Of a stretch of DNA of 64,000 nt, positions 12,857 to 27,050 are shown in pieces (positions within the stretch are counted from its first letter, which is position 1; each line of letters starts with the position of its first letter). The notes beneath the pieces were generated by a model that saw only the letters and a list, made by a program, of their open reading frames with translations, searched no databases and was not told the DNA's origin. The DNA is taken from positions 10,116,581 through 10,180,580 of the forward strand of contig OZ037767.1 in the NCBI GenBank assembly GCA_964035545.1. The letters are read 5' to 3'. The translations under genes and the position numbers were made by a program. This DNA is from Bugula neritina. Its lineage: Eukaryota > Animalia > Bryozoa.

Positions 12857-15800
12857 TTAATAGGACTCGCAGAGTCTTTCTGTTTCGTGGGGTTGTCCGC
12901 TCTGTTGTTTCACAACTTTGGCCTCAGCATACGGCCGGTATCTTTTGAAGAAACCGCAAAGCCATAATACTATTATGATGATGATGAGCAGGAGAAAACC
13001 ACAGCCAACCCCTATGGCTATCCACTTCCAGTCTATAGGCTTGACTACCTGCAAACCAAGGTAATACAGAAATTGATTTATTTCAAGACTAAGGCATTTT
13101 TGCATATTTTTATATTATATAACTGTAATTAGACAGAGCTTCAAGAAAACAACAGCATGTATTACTATCATATATATTGTATGCTAATGTACTCACTACT
13201 GGTGGTTTGTATTTTTCAAAGAATGATGTGATAGTTGAAGTGTCAGAAGAATAAATACTCGGTTTCACAGCGTATGGAACAGAGAGAACTTTTACACTAG
13301 CAGCGCTGCTAATAGCCAGTTCCGTGGTGTAGTTGTTGGTCAGATTGTTCGTGGTGGAGCCAAGCCATAAGAAAGAATATATCTACAATACCATATGATA
13401 TGCAGGGGATAGATTATACACATCAAACACACCTGGCACCCACGTGCACGCACACATGGCCACACAACCACATATAACCACACATGCATGATTAAAAATT
13501 TGATTATTAAAATAACTTTTTGCTTCATGTAAGTTAAAATTTAGGCTATTTGGAAATATTTTGTAATCGGTGAATACAAAATAATTCCCCAATATGTTTT
13601 GGCCTGCTTGAAACTTGAGAAATAAGAAGACAACTACTACAAAACAAATTGAATGTACATTCAGCAGACATAATACTGCCTAGTGTAGTTTGCAGCTCTC
13701 ACTAAACAAGCTATTGGAATCAGGAATATTGGAATTGAAAAATGATAATAAAATGTCTAAAAATAGAAACAAGAAACAACCAATCAAATGTCAGCTGAAT
13801 AAGTCAGTCTGTTTAGCGACACCAACTGAATCATGGCTCATATTTAATATTTCTAAACACAACTTCTACCTGCTACATAACAAAGTAGCACTGCTTTATG
13901 AGAACACAACTCCTTCTCTAACAAGATGAAAGCTGCTTGTAATCAAGAAAGCTTGTGCTTTGCAGCTAATATCAAATAGAGCAGCCTTGGTCTAGGGGTT
14001 AGAGCGTTTGCTTAGTAAACACGAAGCCATAGGTTTGAACCACGACAAAGGCCATTGGTGATGTTAGGAAGAGCATCCAGTCATAATTGCTCCTGTGCCA
14101 TATATGAATAAATCCTTAGCCCGATTTAACAAAAACCTCTTCCATCAGGGGTTTGCTCACAGGGATGGTGACTATAAACTTGTGTGAGTTTTGTAGCTAT
14201 AATCAAGTTAGTCGTTAGTATTGTTTTGTGTTACCTTAAGAATGACTGTTTCTTCGTTCAGGTTGGGTAATGTACAGGTGAGTTTTGCACAACTGGCTTT
14301 ACCATTACTACAGGTAAGCTGTTCTGTTGGGGAGTAATCTCTCTTGTACCTCGCTTCATCTACACTAACATTCTGAGGATTCACAAATCGGGTGGGAACT
14401 TCACACGTTGCTTCACCTAAACATGTACCAAATGAATCATTAGATCAACATAATGTCATGAAAAGCCACTTGGATTAGTGATGCTGACTTAGAGAATTTG
14501 CAGTGCGTTTGGCTAAGTGTTACGCTGCTTATAATAATTGACTTGAAAATTTTATTTTCTCCAGCAAAAATTAATTTACAGTCAAGCAGTATTTAATGTT
14601 TTATATGTAGCATAACAAGCATTCAGATCATAAATTTTTTCATTTTGAAATAATTTCCAGATATCTTGCGTATATTGGCCATGAATTCAGCTCTTTTTAT
14701 ACCCAACTACTATATCAAACAGCAATGATAGCATAACAATGCAAGATTGTAAACTGTGAGTCAGAAAAGTTTGGGCTCGAATATTTGTCTTCCAGTCATA
14801 ACTAATTGAGACAGAGTATCTTAGAACTTGTTGTGGTGTATTTCAATTATAAGTTTGAAACCAGCTATCAGGGTAAGAGTTTCAGAATTAAGAACAACTC
14901 AAACAAATGCTCACTGTGAATAGTGACTGGTACGTTAACCCTGTGCCATTTGCTAAATAACTCTAGCAAGTATTGTGCTCCCTCGTTATCTCACGGTTCC
15001 ATATCTCACAAATTTCCTTAGGTCGCCACTAGAAGGGCTTGGACCTTGGCTTATGTATGTGTGTATAAGGAAAAAATGGCTAAATTTAATGGATTCATGA
15101 GTTAAATCTGGGATTTCACTATGTCACAAATTGAAGTTTTGGAACTCGCAGCTTATTGAGATACGGAGGGAGCACTGATTTGCAAATTTATTCACAGGAG
15201 AAGACAACTGCTAACCTTGAACAATGTCTATATCTTTATAGACGTATAAGATGTAGTCATCCTTTGCAATGTTATAGAGTGGCCAATCAATTTCTACTTC
15301 ACATTTTCCAACCAAACTTGGGCCAGAGGTATAGATTACATATCTGTAAGTACAAATGAAATGTGACAAAAAAACTTAATGCATTTTGTAATAGGTTGTC
15401 ACAGCTGTCGGTGCAATTGCTGCCAGAAACACTCATGTTGGCAATACGATAGCTGCTAGATAAAGAAATGCTATGAACTGGCAACCAGTAAATTTCGCTG
15501 TATTATATATTCTACACACCATACTGTAGCAACCATACATTAAGTCTATTGACTTATACAACTACACTAAACAGGTATATTAAATCCCATAGGATTTATA
15601 TATTTATATATTTATTTACTAGTTTTTATTTTGAACTCAGTCAACTAACTTGTGTTCAACCAAAGGTCCTTGCTGGAGAAAAGTGTTACTCCGGTTATAT
15701 GTGATGATGTCATCAGGTGTGGAAGTGCCACTGATATTCACGCTTGTTTTGACTTGCAAAGGAATTGATAAGTTAAAAGAATTATCTTCTGGGAAGCTAT

Positions 15801-18800
15801 CTTGGGCGTAGTTACTGTAAGCATTGATTGTAAACAACAGCTCTGTTTCGTCAGACTGCTTATTTCCATCTAGCCTCAGTTCTATGGTAAACTCAGATTT
15901 CTTTAGGCTGGGAAATGGATTGCCCACATCACAGGTGATATGATTAGATGCTGTTTCGTTGACCAACTTCTAAATATAATAACCATGGTCATAAAAATAT
16001 TGACAAAGCGAAATTCTTATATATACTGCTAACAGTTATTATTAAAGAAATTGAATAGAAAATACATTAACTCATGCTGTTATAATTGTTTCAAAAAGTT
16101 TTGATAAAATAAAGAAATTAACTGGAAGCGCTGTAACTAACCTGCTGACATGATATAGGTAGACACTCATCTTTATCCAACACCACATGGACATAAGAGA
16201 CATCTTGAGGCAAAGAAATATTAACACTCGTAATGTAGGAGTCTTCACCTTCGTTGGATAACTTTACAGTAAGATTTATTTTCTCTTCTGAACCCAGCAG
16301 GTAATACCGAGATGGTGTCGAGGCTGCATGGCAAAAATAGATTGAGTTGAGCAAAACAAAATCCTTTTTAATCAGTTTAAAACACGACTGTTTTCGTTGG
16401 TGTCCGGTAAAAGTAGCATGGGTAAAAGTGGCACAGGTAGAATGGCACGGGTAAAAATGGCACAGGTACTAATGGCACAGCTAATAATGGCAAAAATGGC
16501 AAAGTAGGTAAAAATGGCACTTTTTAAAAGGTTTAGGTGAAGGGTTTGGGGTTTGAGAAAATTTAACATCAGTGAGCCATTACTAACCGTGCCATTTTTA
16601 CCTAAAATTATTTTTGTTATATAAACTTAATGTACTGAATCCAAGTGCAATAGTGCAAGCAAGTGGCAATGTAGTAGGCTTATAAACAAATCCAACACAA
16701 TTTACTACTGCAATTAGTTGTAAATTTTTTACAATGATGACCAAATTAATTATCTATACTTGCATGCACAATTAGAGTAAAACTATCTTTTACAGCACAT
16801 GAATTTCTCTTCAAATAGGTATTAAATTTTAATTATTTTGTTGTAAATCACCTTTAATAAAGTAATGAAATAACTGCAAAAAGCTATGTATTCTATTTTT
16901 AGTAACTCTACTAACCAGAAACCTTTAGATCAGGAGTACAGAGGTCGCAACTCTTAGTGAATCTGATCTGTACAGGAGACATGGGAGGGCGCAGGTGGTT
17001 GATGATGGGGCCGGGAGAAAGAAGCCTGCTGGAGGAAACATTTATCAAGTGAAACTCCATGCTAATGTTCAAAGGGGAGGTCTTATCTCTTATTGTAGGC
17101 TGAACATATCCTGCAACAAATAAAACTTATAATACTACTCAGCTATCAGCCTCAAATGAAGCAAAAAACGGTTTTTAACACAAAAATCAAGCAAAAAGGA
17201 AATTAGTCTATTATCATTAGTAAAAAATAATAACTTGCCAACAATGATTTAGGATGTTGAGTATAATGTGTTGGGAATAAGTTCTATCATTATGAATCTT
17301 CTTGTAAAAAATTTATCACAAAGCTTTTAAATATGTAATTGTGAGTTGTAAACATCTGGGGTCTATGTTGTCAATCATATTATCTGAGTCAAAGTGAGAC
17401 TCTCACTCAAATATAGTTTCTCCAATATAATGAAGAGTTGTGTCCCCAGCCTACTGTAGATCTCTTTCAGCTAGCCTACTGTGCATTTCTCAACCTACTG
17501 CATGTCACTCAGCCTACTTTAAACCCGTTACATTTATTATATCTTATCAAGATGATATTCTGCTAAACTTTTTATAATTTACCCTTTTATTTAACCCGCA
17601 ATAAAAAAGTCAAATTGTATGCTGATTTACAACTAAAATGTCACTACAGTTTTCAATCAGTAAAGAACTTCCATGTTTATCTACAATAGTTTTGATACTA
17701 CTCTAGTTGTGTAGCCACAAATAATGTACATCTGTTGAAAATAAACATTTATTTATTTTGTTATTATGATGAAAAGGAAAGTGCATTTTAAAATATTCAG
17801 CATTGGTAAAAGTTGGCATATGAAATTACTATTGAAGTATAGCTAGATTAATTGCTTAGGCAATAGACTGAAACACAGTAGTTTTGCCCAAACATTTTTA
17901 TTGCCTGTAGAGTGTGTCCATATTTCTTTCTGCTGTTTACTTTAAAGAGTAAATAAAGGTTTTTAAAGGTTGTGGTTCATAGTCTATAATATAGTCTGTT
18001 CTATGAAATTTAAAAAAATGAAGATAATTAAATTTGATTGTCTCAGTTTATCAAATTTTTTTATGCAAATAACTTCATAATTATTACATGATGTATTCTA
18101 AACCTAAACTGTTGATGTGACTGTTAAAGTACTCAACTAGTGAAGCACACTAACCAATCACAATCACTAATTCTAATTGAATGAAGAAAGAATAATATTG
18201 GACACTCTACAGCTTTGTGTTATCACAGATTCTGAGCAGTAGAACTATTACATCAAATAGACTGTGATACTTACTCTGACCTTTGTTTACATGATTTAGA
18301 AATAGGAAGTTATTGGCTGTTGCTATGGCTATGTGAATCAGTATAACAATAACTTAATTGCAGCTTCTAGATACTGTACTAACATTTGGTTTAATGCTGA
18401 GTCAGCAACACTCAATTATCTGTTTGAAATAACACTGCTTTGTTTTCTCGAAAGGTTAAAGTTTATAATTCATGGATGAGTCAACATGAAAGTCTCGGAA
18501 GCTACCGTCAGCATTCACAAATTAAGCTGACAAGCAAACATTCCTACCTTCTACAGTAGAGCACAATGCTTCATCACCGGCAACAAATTTCTTTAAGCTG
18601 AACTCAAATTGTTCAACACTTGTTCCTGATTTTGCACTAAATCCTCTTTTAGTCTTGTTGTTGGCAGAATCAAAAATCATAACTGCCTGTTGAGTAAAAC
18701 AGAAAAATAACAATAGAAAACGAACTATTTGAATTTACAGCAACGGAAAAAGTTCAAGGTTTTGGCAATTGGATATTTGCAGACATACAATTCATCAGAT

Positions 18801-21800
18801 AAATTGTGTAATAAATACAAGTATCTACAAAAGAAAATATGTTTTTAAAATATACTTTAATGAGAATACCAATTACAGCTAAGCAGTTACTACATATTTC
18901 AAACAATCTTAATCATTGTTATTGTGATTACAAATAATTCTAACTTGAAGGTAGATTTCCTCGGGTTCAAGCACAGCTTCGTAGTGAATGCAGAAAGTTA
19001 CAGCGAATTTCAGGTCGTTTAGTGACCAGGTCTGGTTGTTATCTGCACATGCTACGGGCAGCTGAATCTCATCATTATCAACTGTAATGAAGTTAGAAAT
19101 TTATACACTTATAATATAATATAATAGTATTTGGAGTTATTCTCTTTTGACTGCATGAGGCTCCATTTTCAATACGGCAAACAAAACAATCATGAAATAT
19201 TTAGGCGTTGGATTATTTCATGACTCATTTTTATAGAATAAATATTGTTTAGCCACAGACCAACATAACAAAAAACTGATGTTTTAAAGATCACATTCTT
19301 TAACAAAATGGAACTGTAATATCAAAACCTAATGAGTCTGTTCAATGCAGTTTAGCGATAGAATAAGCAATATAAAAGTTTCATACAGTACATTGGAAAG
19401 GTGTATTAAGACAGATACACTGTTCACAACACACAGAGGAGCATCACAGGTAGCGTGATACTTACTTTCCAGACTACCAACAAGGTTGATAAGAGGACGG
19501 GTTTTGAAGAGAAAAGCTTGGTTAGATTTGTAGGCACCTATTGCAACGTCATCGTAGCTACAAGTAGAGATATCAAGAGTTTACAAATTATACATGTTAT
19601 ATACATACATTAGTCATTATCCAAATGGTTATATACTGTTGAGTAGGTGAAGTACGAAATCCAGTTAATTGGCTGGCATTATATGAAGTAAATGATTAAA
19701 GTTTAATTTTTAACTTTTTCCTGTAGTTCATTGAAACTATTTACATTGGAAATTGAAGGAGGTCAAAACATTAAGAGATGCTCTTTCAGTGTGGTATTTC
19801 ATGTAGGCAGGGAGCTGTGAGTATTCTTATCATAATATATCTTATTATTTAAAATCATCTAAATATATCGTATTATAATTACATTTTATACCATAATATA
19901 CCATGCAATAGCATGTTATGTTATAATATATCATATACTCACAGGTTACTGTCAATATCTAACTTCCCGGTGATTGACCATCCAAAAGTATATGGTGGGT
20001 TAGCAGCTGACACGTCTTCTGCGTATATAACCTGCAAGACATGCTTTGGATGTTTATACAGTATACATATTACAGTATACATATACAGTGTACATATATA
20101 GTGTATATATACAGTGTACATATACAGTGTACATATTACAATATACATATACAGTGTATAAATACAGTATACATATACAATGTACACTATATATGTATAC
20201 TGTATATCGTGTGTATTTATAGTGTACATATTACAGTATACATATACAGTGTATGTATACAGTGTATACTGTATATAGTGTGCATATACAGTGTATATAG
20301 AGAGCAAAGAATACACAACATGTGTGGATACAGTACAGATAAGCCTCAGGTATGTGTGCGTCATATCGCAACATCCACATCCACACAAATCTTTATACAC
20401 TCGCATCTGTATACACATATTATATCTATATACACATGTCTCTATATACACATATATCTATCTATATACATCTATAAACCTCACCTGAACTGGTGTTGTT
20501 ATCAGGCCAGTCTCAGACCCGTGATACAAGAAGACAACTCCTCTCTTGTCAGGACCGCCATAAGGCGCAGACACCATCAGCTCGTCAAACCCATCTTTGT
20601 TCAGATCTCCAACATTTGCCAGAGCTAAGCCGAATCTACCGTAAGCGTCTTCACCTGCATTTCAACAAAAATAACTTATCTTAATATATTATATAAAATC
20701 TTCATCTGTTGTTATTCTATATAGTGAGCAATTTATAGATTATTATGTTTCAGGCTATGTGTTTGATAGATTGACAAACTTTTCCTCCTGGTATTCTTTC
20801 ATGCAGACTCTTGACATGTTTATGTTTCAAAGAATTCAGACAAAAATAGAAGCTGCTTGAACTACTAAACATCCACATAATATTTTTGAACACAAATTTT
20901 TCTGCCGGTTTCATGGCTTTATTCTAAGTTCAGGAACCTTGTAAACAACCTTTCAAAAACAATTGTTCTAGTAACTAATTGATTGATAACATAGATTACT
21001 TTTGATAAAATTCTTGATTCATTGCTAAAGTTATTTTGGGTAACATAATAAATTGAGAACAATATAAAACATGGAAGAGAGGAATTTTTTGTCCTGGAAA
21101 TGATACAAAAGTGCTGAGTGGAGTAATTGTGCTGAAACCCTTGTTCTGAATACAATATTTTGTTTGGTGTTCAAGTAAAATAGACTGGGGTCTTATAAAA
21201 GTGAATATAAAGAAGAACTTAAGCATGAAATAATGCCAATAACTTATAAGACATGAGTGCAGAGGCTGATTTAGAAGGTTAATCAATCAACTTGTATTTT
21301 TAGTTGTATTTCCTGTGACAACTTCCAAGAAAGTAAACCTCTTAAAATATTTTACTTTAAACCATGACGACCACATAGCTTGAGGACTTTCAATTGATAG
21401 CAGAAGAATGTTTATGACTAGATTCCCTTTCTGACATTACTGATAATTCTGTTAAGATTTAGCTGCTAACATAACACTATGTGTATCACATTAGATCAGT
21501 GACCGAATCAAGGCCATCTCAGGGCACCCATTTCTAATTGACGTGATTTGATTTAATTCAATTTATTAATTGATGCCATTTAATTTTTTAATTGCCAAAA
21601 ACTGCAAGTAGTCTACTGGCTGCTACCTTGTAAAAATAATTAATTCAACATTCTAATTTGAAAAAAAAGGCATTTATTGCTGTAATAAATTTATTTAATT
21701 TTTTATTCAAATGCACATAGTTGTTGAAAATGACGTTTTAAAATTTAAACTATGCTATAATATGTTTCAAATAAATTTTATGCACAAATTTGTATATTTT

Positions 21801-24800
21801 CAACAACAAGTATTTTGGCATGCGGACACATTTGTTATAGTACGCCAGGAGTAAACACACAAATCAAGTAACAAACAAGCCAACTATAGAAGTGCAGAGA
21901 ACTTTTTGAAACCAAATTTTAGTAGAGTATAGACTAACCTGTCATTTTTGCTGACTGAAAGAATACTGTTTGACTAGTAGACATATTATGACAGAAGACG
22001 GTAACTTGACCAAGTTCTGACATGTCAGCGTCATAGTTGGCGTACAAAGGTGCTGACACAACAATGTCATCATACTTTCCACCTGACTCACCTATAAGAA
22101 CAGTCACTGAAACTCAGTAAGGCAAGTTGGTAATCATCATTTACAGTATGCAAGGCAGAACTTTGTAACCGGAGTATTGTATAGAAAGATCACACAATAA
22201 AGCACAGCAAAAACAAAATCACATGGCCCAAAGGATGTTATAAGAACATTTCCTCTGCAGAATAGTCTTTGGCTGTTAGGGACTTACCATTAAACTTGCC
22301 AACGGCTATGCTGTACCCAAAATAGGCCCCCGACTGCTCTCCAGATATATTGACTACGGATCTGAAACTATTGGTTGCAGTTTTGGTCCAGAGCAGAATT
22401 TTTCCTACAATGATTTCAGTATCTTCACTGTTAACAATGATTATGTTACATCACATAAAATAAAGTTCTGATGAGGGATCTAGATTGAACTTAGATTATC
22501 ATTTCCAAAAAAGAACTTTATAATCAACTTTGGTTTAACTTTAAAAGTTATTTTGAGTGTTCAGTTTAAACCTATTTTGCAATATTTATTAGTACCGTAA
22601 ATAACATATATATCTACTAAAATCTACAGCAATGCAGCCTGCAAGCAGTATATAAAAATTTATCAGCAAAAATCTAGAAGCAAGCAGATAGTCCAGAATA
22701 AACTGCATATATTTGGTAGTCCTACACCAAATAGTGTTAAATTTTTCCAGAGAGATTATCTAACATGAAGAAGCAAAGGTGCTAAGCAATTGAAAAACTT
22801 CATTTCTAAAAACTCTTTGCAATTGACCTACCAAACAGTGTGCTAAACTCTTACATGTATAGCCCTGAATAAGTCTGTGTCACTCAAATGTTGTTTCAAA
22901 TTTACAAAACTTTAACACAGCCTTGTTTAAAAATGACTTGTTGGAAAGTGAAATACCGAAGTACCTTTCAACATGTTAGCTCTTGGTGCAGAATTCACGT
23001 AGTCAACGGTTGTGTTGTCTCCATCAAACTCACCAAACTTTAGATCCCATGACAAGTAGTTGTTGTCATCTGATGTGGGCCCATCACCTGCAATAAAACA
23101 CTAGTGTAAGTTCCAGATTACCCAGTAGCCCTGTGGTGTAATGGTTTATGTGCCAGCTTGCAAGCCAGAGGTCTCGGGTTCGAATCCCATTGAGGGTAAA
23201 TCTTTTACATAAGTGTTGAGTAATTTACACATGCGGACACTCTACTCTACTAATAAAACATCAAAATACCTCGACTAAGCATAATTTTAAAACTGATAGA
23301 TAAAATGCTTCCGATAAGATACTTCTAGTTACTGACGTATTTAAATGTTAAGTTACAGTGCACTAATTGGCTCTAACTGACATATTTAACTTGTAGAACT
23401 AGAGGAACTAACGTGTAGAGATGAATCTCAGATAGTCATTTTGAGGATTTACGCTGTACAATGCGCCATGGAAATAGTAGTTGCCAGGAGCTCCGATTGC
23501 CAACTCATTATCAGGACCCAGAGCCGCAGAAAATCCGCACATCCCGTGTCCGGTCCTGTGGTAACTCGCCTACAATACAGCCATAGTTTCACTTCTTGCT
23601 TCACTGATGCAAAGGCATGCAGAGTTAGTAAAAAGTAAGAGAAATATGTGTTGATACTATAGGAGGGGTTTTTAACTGGGGGGGGGGAGTATACTAGCGC
23701 CTCCAGGGGTTTTTGGAAATGTTTATGGGTATTTTGTCAATACTCCTCAGCTTAGTACTATACTGTGTAAATCATTACTATAATATTGAGCACGAACTAG
23801 TAGGGGGTATTCAGAGTTTTGAGAGAATATAAAAGAGCACACAGATTAAAAAGGTCAGGGAACTATGAGTATTTTACTTTTTTTAATAGACTATTTGTTT
23901 TCTATTAGTTTATAACTTTTGTCATTGTAGAAATAATTGTGTGTATTATTACTCCCTAAATTACGAACAACATAACAAGAGTAAATAGTAATTTATACAC
24001 ATTAATTAGGTAGTGGGTTTTTCTTTAGTGCAGAAGGTTGGTGGTTAACCGAAATAAATATTGTTTACCGTAGTGTTACATATAATATTATTATGGCAGG
24101 TTAGGCAATTTATGGTCAGCTATAATTCTATCAAAACCCTGAAACTGTTTTATGATTTATTTTAGGAATCATAAAAAAGAAACCTTAAAAAATTTCAATT
24201 TAAAATAATTAAGTTACCTATTTTATCATGTATAATATGATATTATATCTACTTGTATACTATAAATACCTACATTGACATCTATTTTAAGAGACACTAC
24301 TGTATAAATATTATTATAATTGGTGGAAGTAGAATTCATAGGCTTCGTGAATACAAGGTTTCAATTTACGGAAAACCTTATAGCTAGAAATTATGCTCCT
24401 GTGCCTCATTCAAATAAGTCCTTAGCCCGCTTTAACGAAAACACTTTCTATCAGGGGTTTCTCACAGGGATAGCGACTATAAACTTGCGTGAGTTTTTTG
24501 TAGCTAGAAATTAGTCCGTATACGTTGTATATTAATCCTTGTCACTTTAATGGCTGTATTGTCTGTACAGCTGTCTCTTATACATGAATGGTTTAACTTT
24601 GAAGTATTCGTTCAGCATGAGTTGGAATAAATTATGTATTCTATTTAAGTGTGGTTTTGTTTGATTACTGGGAATTTCCTTTTTTTCAAAAATTATTTAA
24701 AAAAATAGAAATCTGAATATTTGTGTACTTATTTATCCTGTGCATACAAAGCATACATAGAGTAGCTGTAGCTCTGCACTGTGGAGAATTGAAAGATTCA

Positions 24801-25578
24801 CTCACCCAACCCTTGTCTGACGATACATTCCCGTAAGCAGCTCTATAAAAGGCATCAAATTCACGTAAACAAGGAGAAACTCTACTAAAACTGCCGCCAA
24901 GATCTTTGGATACAAAGCAGTCTCCAGTTGGTTCACGCTTATTTCCACGCGGCCCAAACGTTACGTATAATGGGGCGCAAGCAGCTATAACCGACCCGTC
25001 CCGACTTGATGCAACACTAGCACCAAAGAACTGTTTACTACGATCTTCACCCGTTAAATTTTCATAACCTGGATAATCTGTGAGTTGAGTGGGCCGATCA
25101 TCCACTGACACCACACTGCAAGTTACCGAATCTAAAAAATACGGGCAGTGAATAAAAAAGTGGTGCTCATTTGAATCAATTCATATTTAAATTTTACTTG
25201 ATTAGTTTGAAATAAAGCTTATCAATTTGAAGCATTATTAGCACTAAATTAGCAGTTGAGAAATATGCAAACGTTTGTCATAAAATATACTGTACGATAA
25301 CCCAGCTGTTGTGAATACATACCAATTTCACAACGATATATGGCACCACTATTGGTAACATTAAACCTTGAAAGTGCATCAGTAGTCGCTTTGGGAGCCC
25401 CAATAATTAACTTGTTCCCTCTAAAACTGTTGATGGAAAGAGCTACTGAATATCCAAAGTAGGAGTCGTCATCTCCATTGTACGTGATTCGAGAAGACAA
25501 GTCCACATTTAACAACTGATTCATAGGAGAATGTATTAGGATTAGTATTAGAGATAAAGTAAAGTAGGGTGTAAACAT
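12857..25578 (-). CDS. Integrin alpha subunit, complete, 18 coding exons, no alpha-I domain
   Basis: Exons at 25323-25578, 24806-25131, 23413-23569, 22965-23087, 22288-22404, 21939-22091, 20485-20654, 19943-20031, 19466-19557, about 18946-19081, 18548-18686, 16916-17110, 16142-16324, 15650-15969, 15215-15343, 14235-14417, 13197-13382 and 12857-13048. They encode a signal peptide, FG-GAP repeats (YFGYSV..IIGAP; YFGYSIAVG; RFGLALANVGDLNKDGFDE; FGWSI...DIDSNLYDDVAIGAY), C..DL, NEGEDSY, CDVGNP, an RYKR furin-type site, a transmembrane segment and CGFFKR. Confidence 0.95.
13980..14202 (+). mobile_element. tRNA-headed SINE, family 2
   Basis: Head gcagccttggtctaggggttagagcg...ggtttgaacc, body tgatgttaggaagagcatccag; 3' part matches 24390-24510, 5' part matches 38988-39110 and 39690-39725. 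Confidence 0.75.
14973..15177. mobile_element. MITE (Tc1/pogo-like TIRs)
   Basis: TIRs gtgctccctcgttatctca ... tgagatacggagggagcac. Confidence 0.65.
16400..16602 (+). mobile_element. MITE-like element with ggtaaaaatggcac subrepeats; inverted copy at 44385-44591
   Basis: gtgtccggtaaaa...(ggtaaaaatggcac)n...aaaatttaacatcagtg; the reverse complement occurs at 44385-44591, ending ttttaccggacac. Confidence 0.75.
20055..20300. repeat. Degenerate minisatellite (catatacagtgta-like) in integrin intron 7
   Basis: Repeated tacatatacagtg units; source of spurious Y/I/V/C-rich ORFs. Confidence 0.85.
23123..23208 (+). mobile_element. tRNA-derived short repeat, family 1 (best-preserved copy)
   Basis: A box tggtgtaatgg, central cttgcaag, B box ggttcgaatcc; the anticodon stem does not pair canonically. 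Confidence 0.75.
24390..24512 (+). mobile_element. 5'-truncated SINE family 2 copy
   Basis: tgctcctgtgcc...tccttagcccg.tttaac...tcaggggttt.ctcacagggat..gactataaacttg.gtgagtttt matches 14088-14200. Confidence 0.75.
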
Positions 25579-26864
25579 TCTCGTAAATAGTTAAAAGATA
25601 ATTTGATTTTAGTTCCCGCATTGGAGCCAATTGGTAAAACTCAACGGGCTATAAATATATTCCATCAGCTGTAAATAGTCTTTACGTTGAGCAATTTTTC
25701 ACTATTTCGTCAGCCATAATATTCTCCAAGGTGAAGCTGGTCCTAAAAGCAGCAGATTTAAACATGTGTTAGTTGATGACCTGAAATAAGATTGTGATAC
25801 ATGTAATAGTGACCACTATCTGCTATAGCACTATGAGAAATAACTTATTTTATTGTATTACAGTAGAAGAGCCCCAGTTATAGATATGCAGGTTATAATT
25901 GAGCCAACTAATAAGATTCGGGTATGCATATACTATAAAACTATAACTACACATTACAGAACAACTATTATAATTATAATCAGTAATTAACAATCTATTA
26001 TTTTGGGAGGAACAAGGAAACACAACATCCAAAACTGTACTGATGCAGAATTGAATAGATGGCGTAGTAATATCTGCAGACTTAAGTTCCTGAAAGTTGA
26101 TTGATCAAACACTAGCTACTAGCCTAATTTCCATTAAAATACTAAGTCAATGTTACGCTGATAGGACAAGAGCCTTTTCGAAGTGGTGAAAAGTGAAGCG
26201 ACAAAACAAAAACAGCCCCGACTTCAAACCATGAGTCATAATAGAAAAAGCTGCATCGGCAACAGAACATCAATTTATCAAAGTTAGTAGAAGATATCTA
26301 GAGTGTGCTGACAAGAGAGTCAGCCATAAATGTCAATAAAATAAAACTCAAGAGTTGCCTGCACATGCATGCTAAAGTACACAAAGTTATTTGTAACCAC
26401 CAGTTAACAGTGGTCTGCTAAATAATTTAGTATATATGCACGACATGTATTCACATCACCACATGAATAGTTCCAACATTTATTTATGTTGGTTCATGCA
26501 TTCCATTATATTATGAACACTGAACTGTACTGATATATTACTAATAGTGTATAGTCACTCAGGGTACTAATATATAACTAATAGTCATTCAGGTTGCTGA
26601 TATATAGTAATAATAGCAATTATTTAGATTTTAGAACAACAATTTAGAATTTGCACCTTCTTAAAATTAACATCTAGGCTACAGGTTAACACAGCAGAAA
26701 TTACTTGTATGTTTTAATTTGACAACACAAGTCATTTTAATAGCAATTATAATTAAAATTGTAACTGTAGGCTTTGAACAGTGGTCACATCTACCACTGT
26801 GGATGTCACATAAATTTAGATGCAAATTCAAATCCAGGCTTAAAGTAGGAGATTAACTACTAGA

Positions 26865-27050
26865 AGTAATACTGCTACTGCTACCACTACTACTACTGTT
26901 ACTGCTACTGTTATTCTTGCTGATACTGCTAATTTTACTGCCACTGATATTGCTACTGGTACTCCTATCACTACTGCTACTGTTACTGCTACTGTTCCTG
27001 CTACAGTTACTGCTACTGTTACTCCAGCTGATACTGTTATTGCTACAAGT
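26865..27050. repeat. Degenerate (ACT/GCT/GTT) trinucleotide repeat
   Basis: actgctactgttactgct... repeats. Confidence 0.8.

Noticed and set aside
19939-20628. Long overlapping ORFs of 170 and 195 aa
   Set aside because: They come from the intronic minisatellite; only 19943-20031 and 20485-20654 are real integrin exons, on the minus strand.
23123-23200. Functional tRNA gene
   Set aside because: Acceptor and anticodon stems do not pair properly, and it belongs to a diverged dispersed family.
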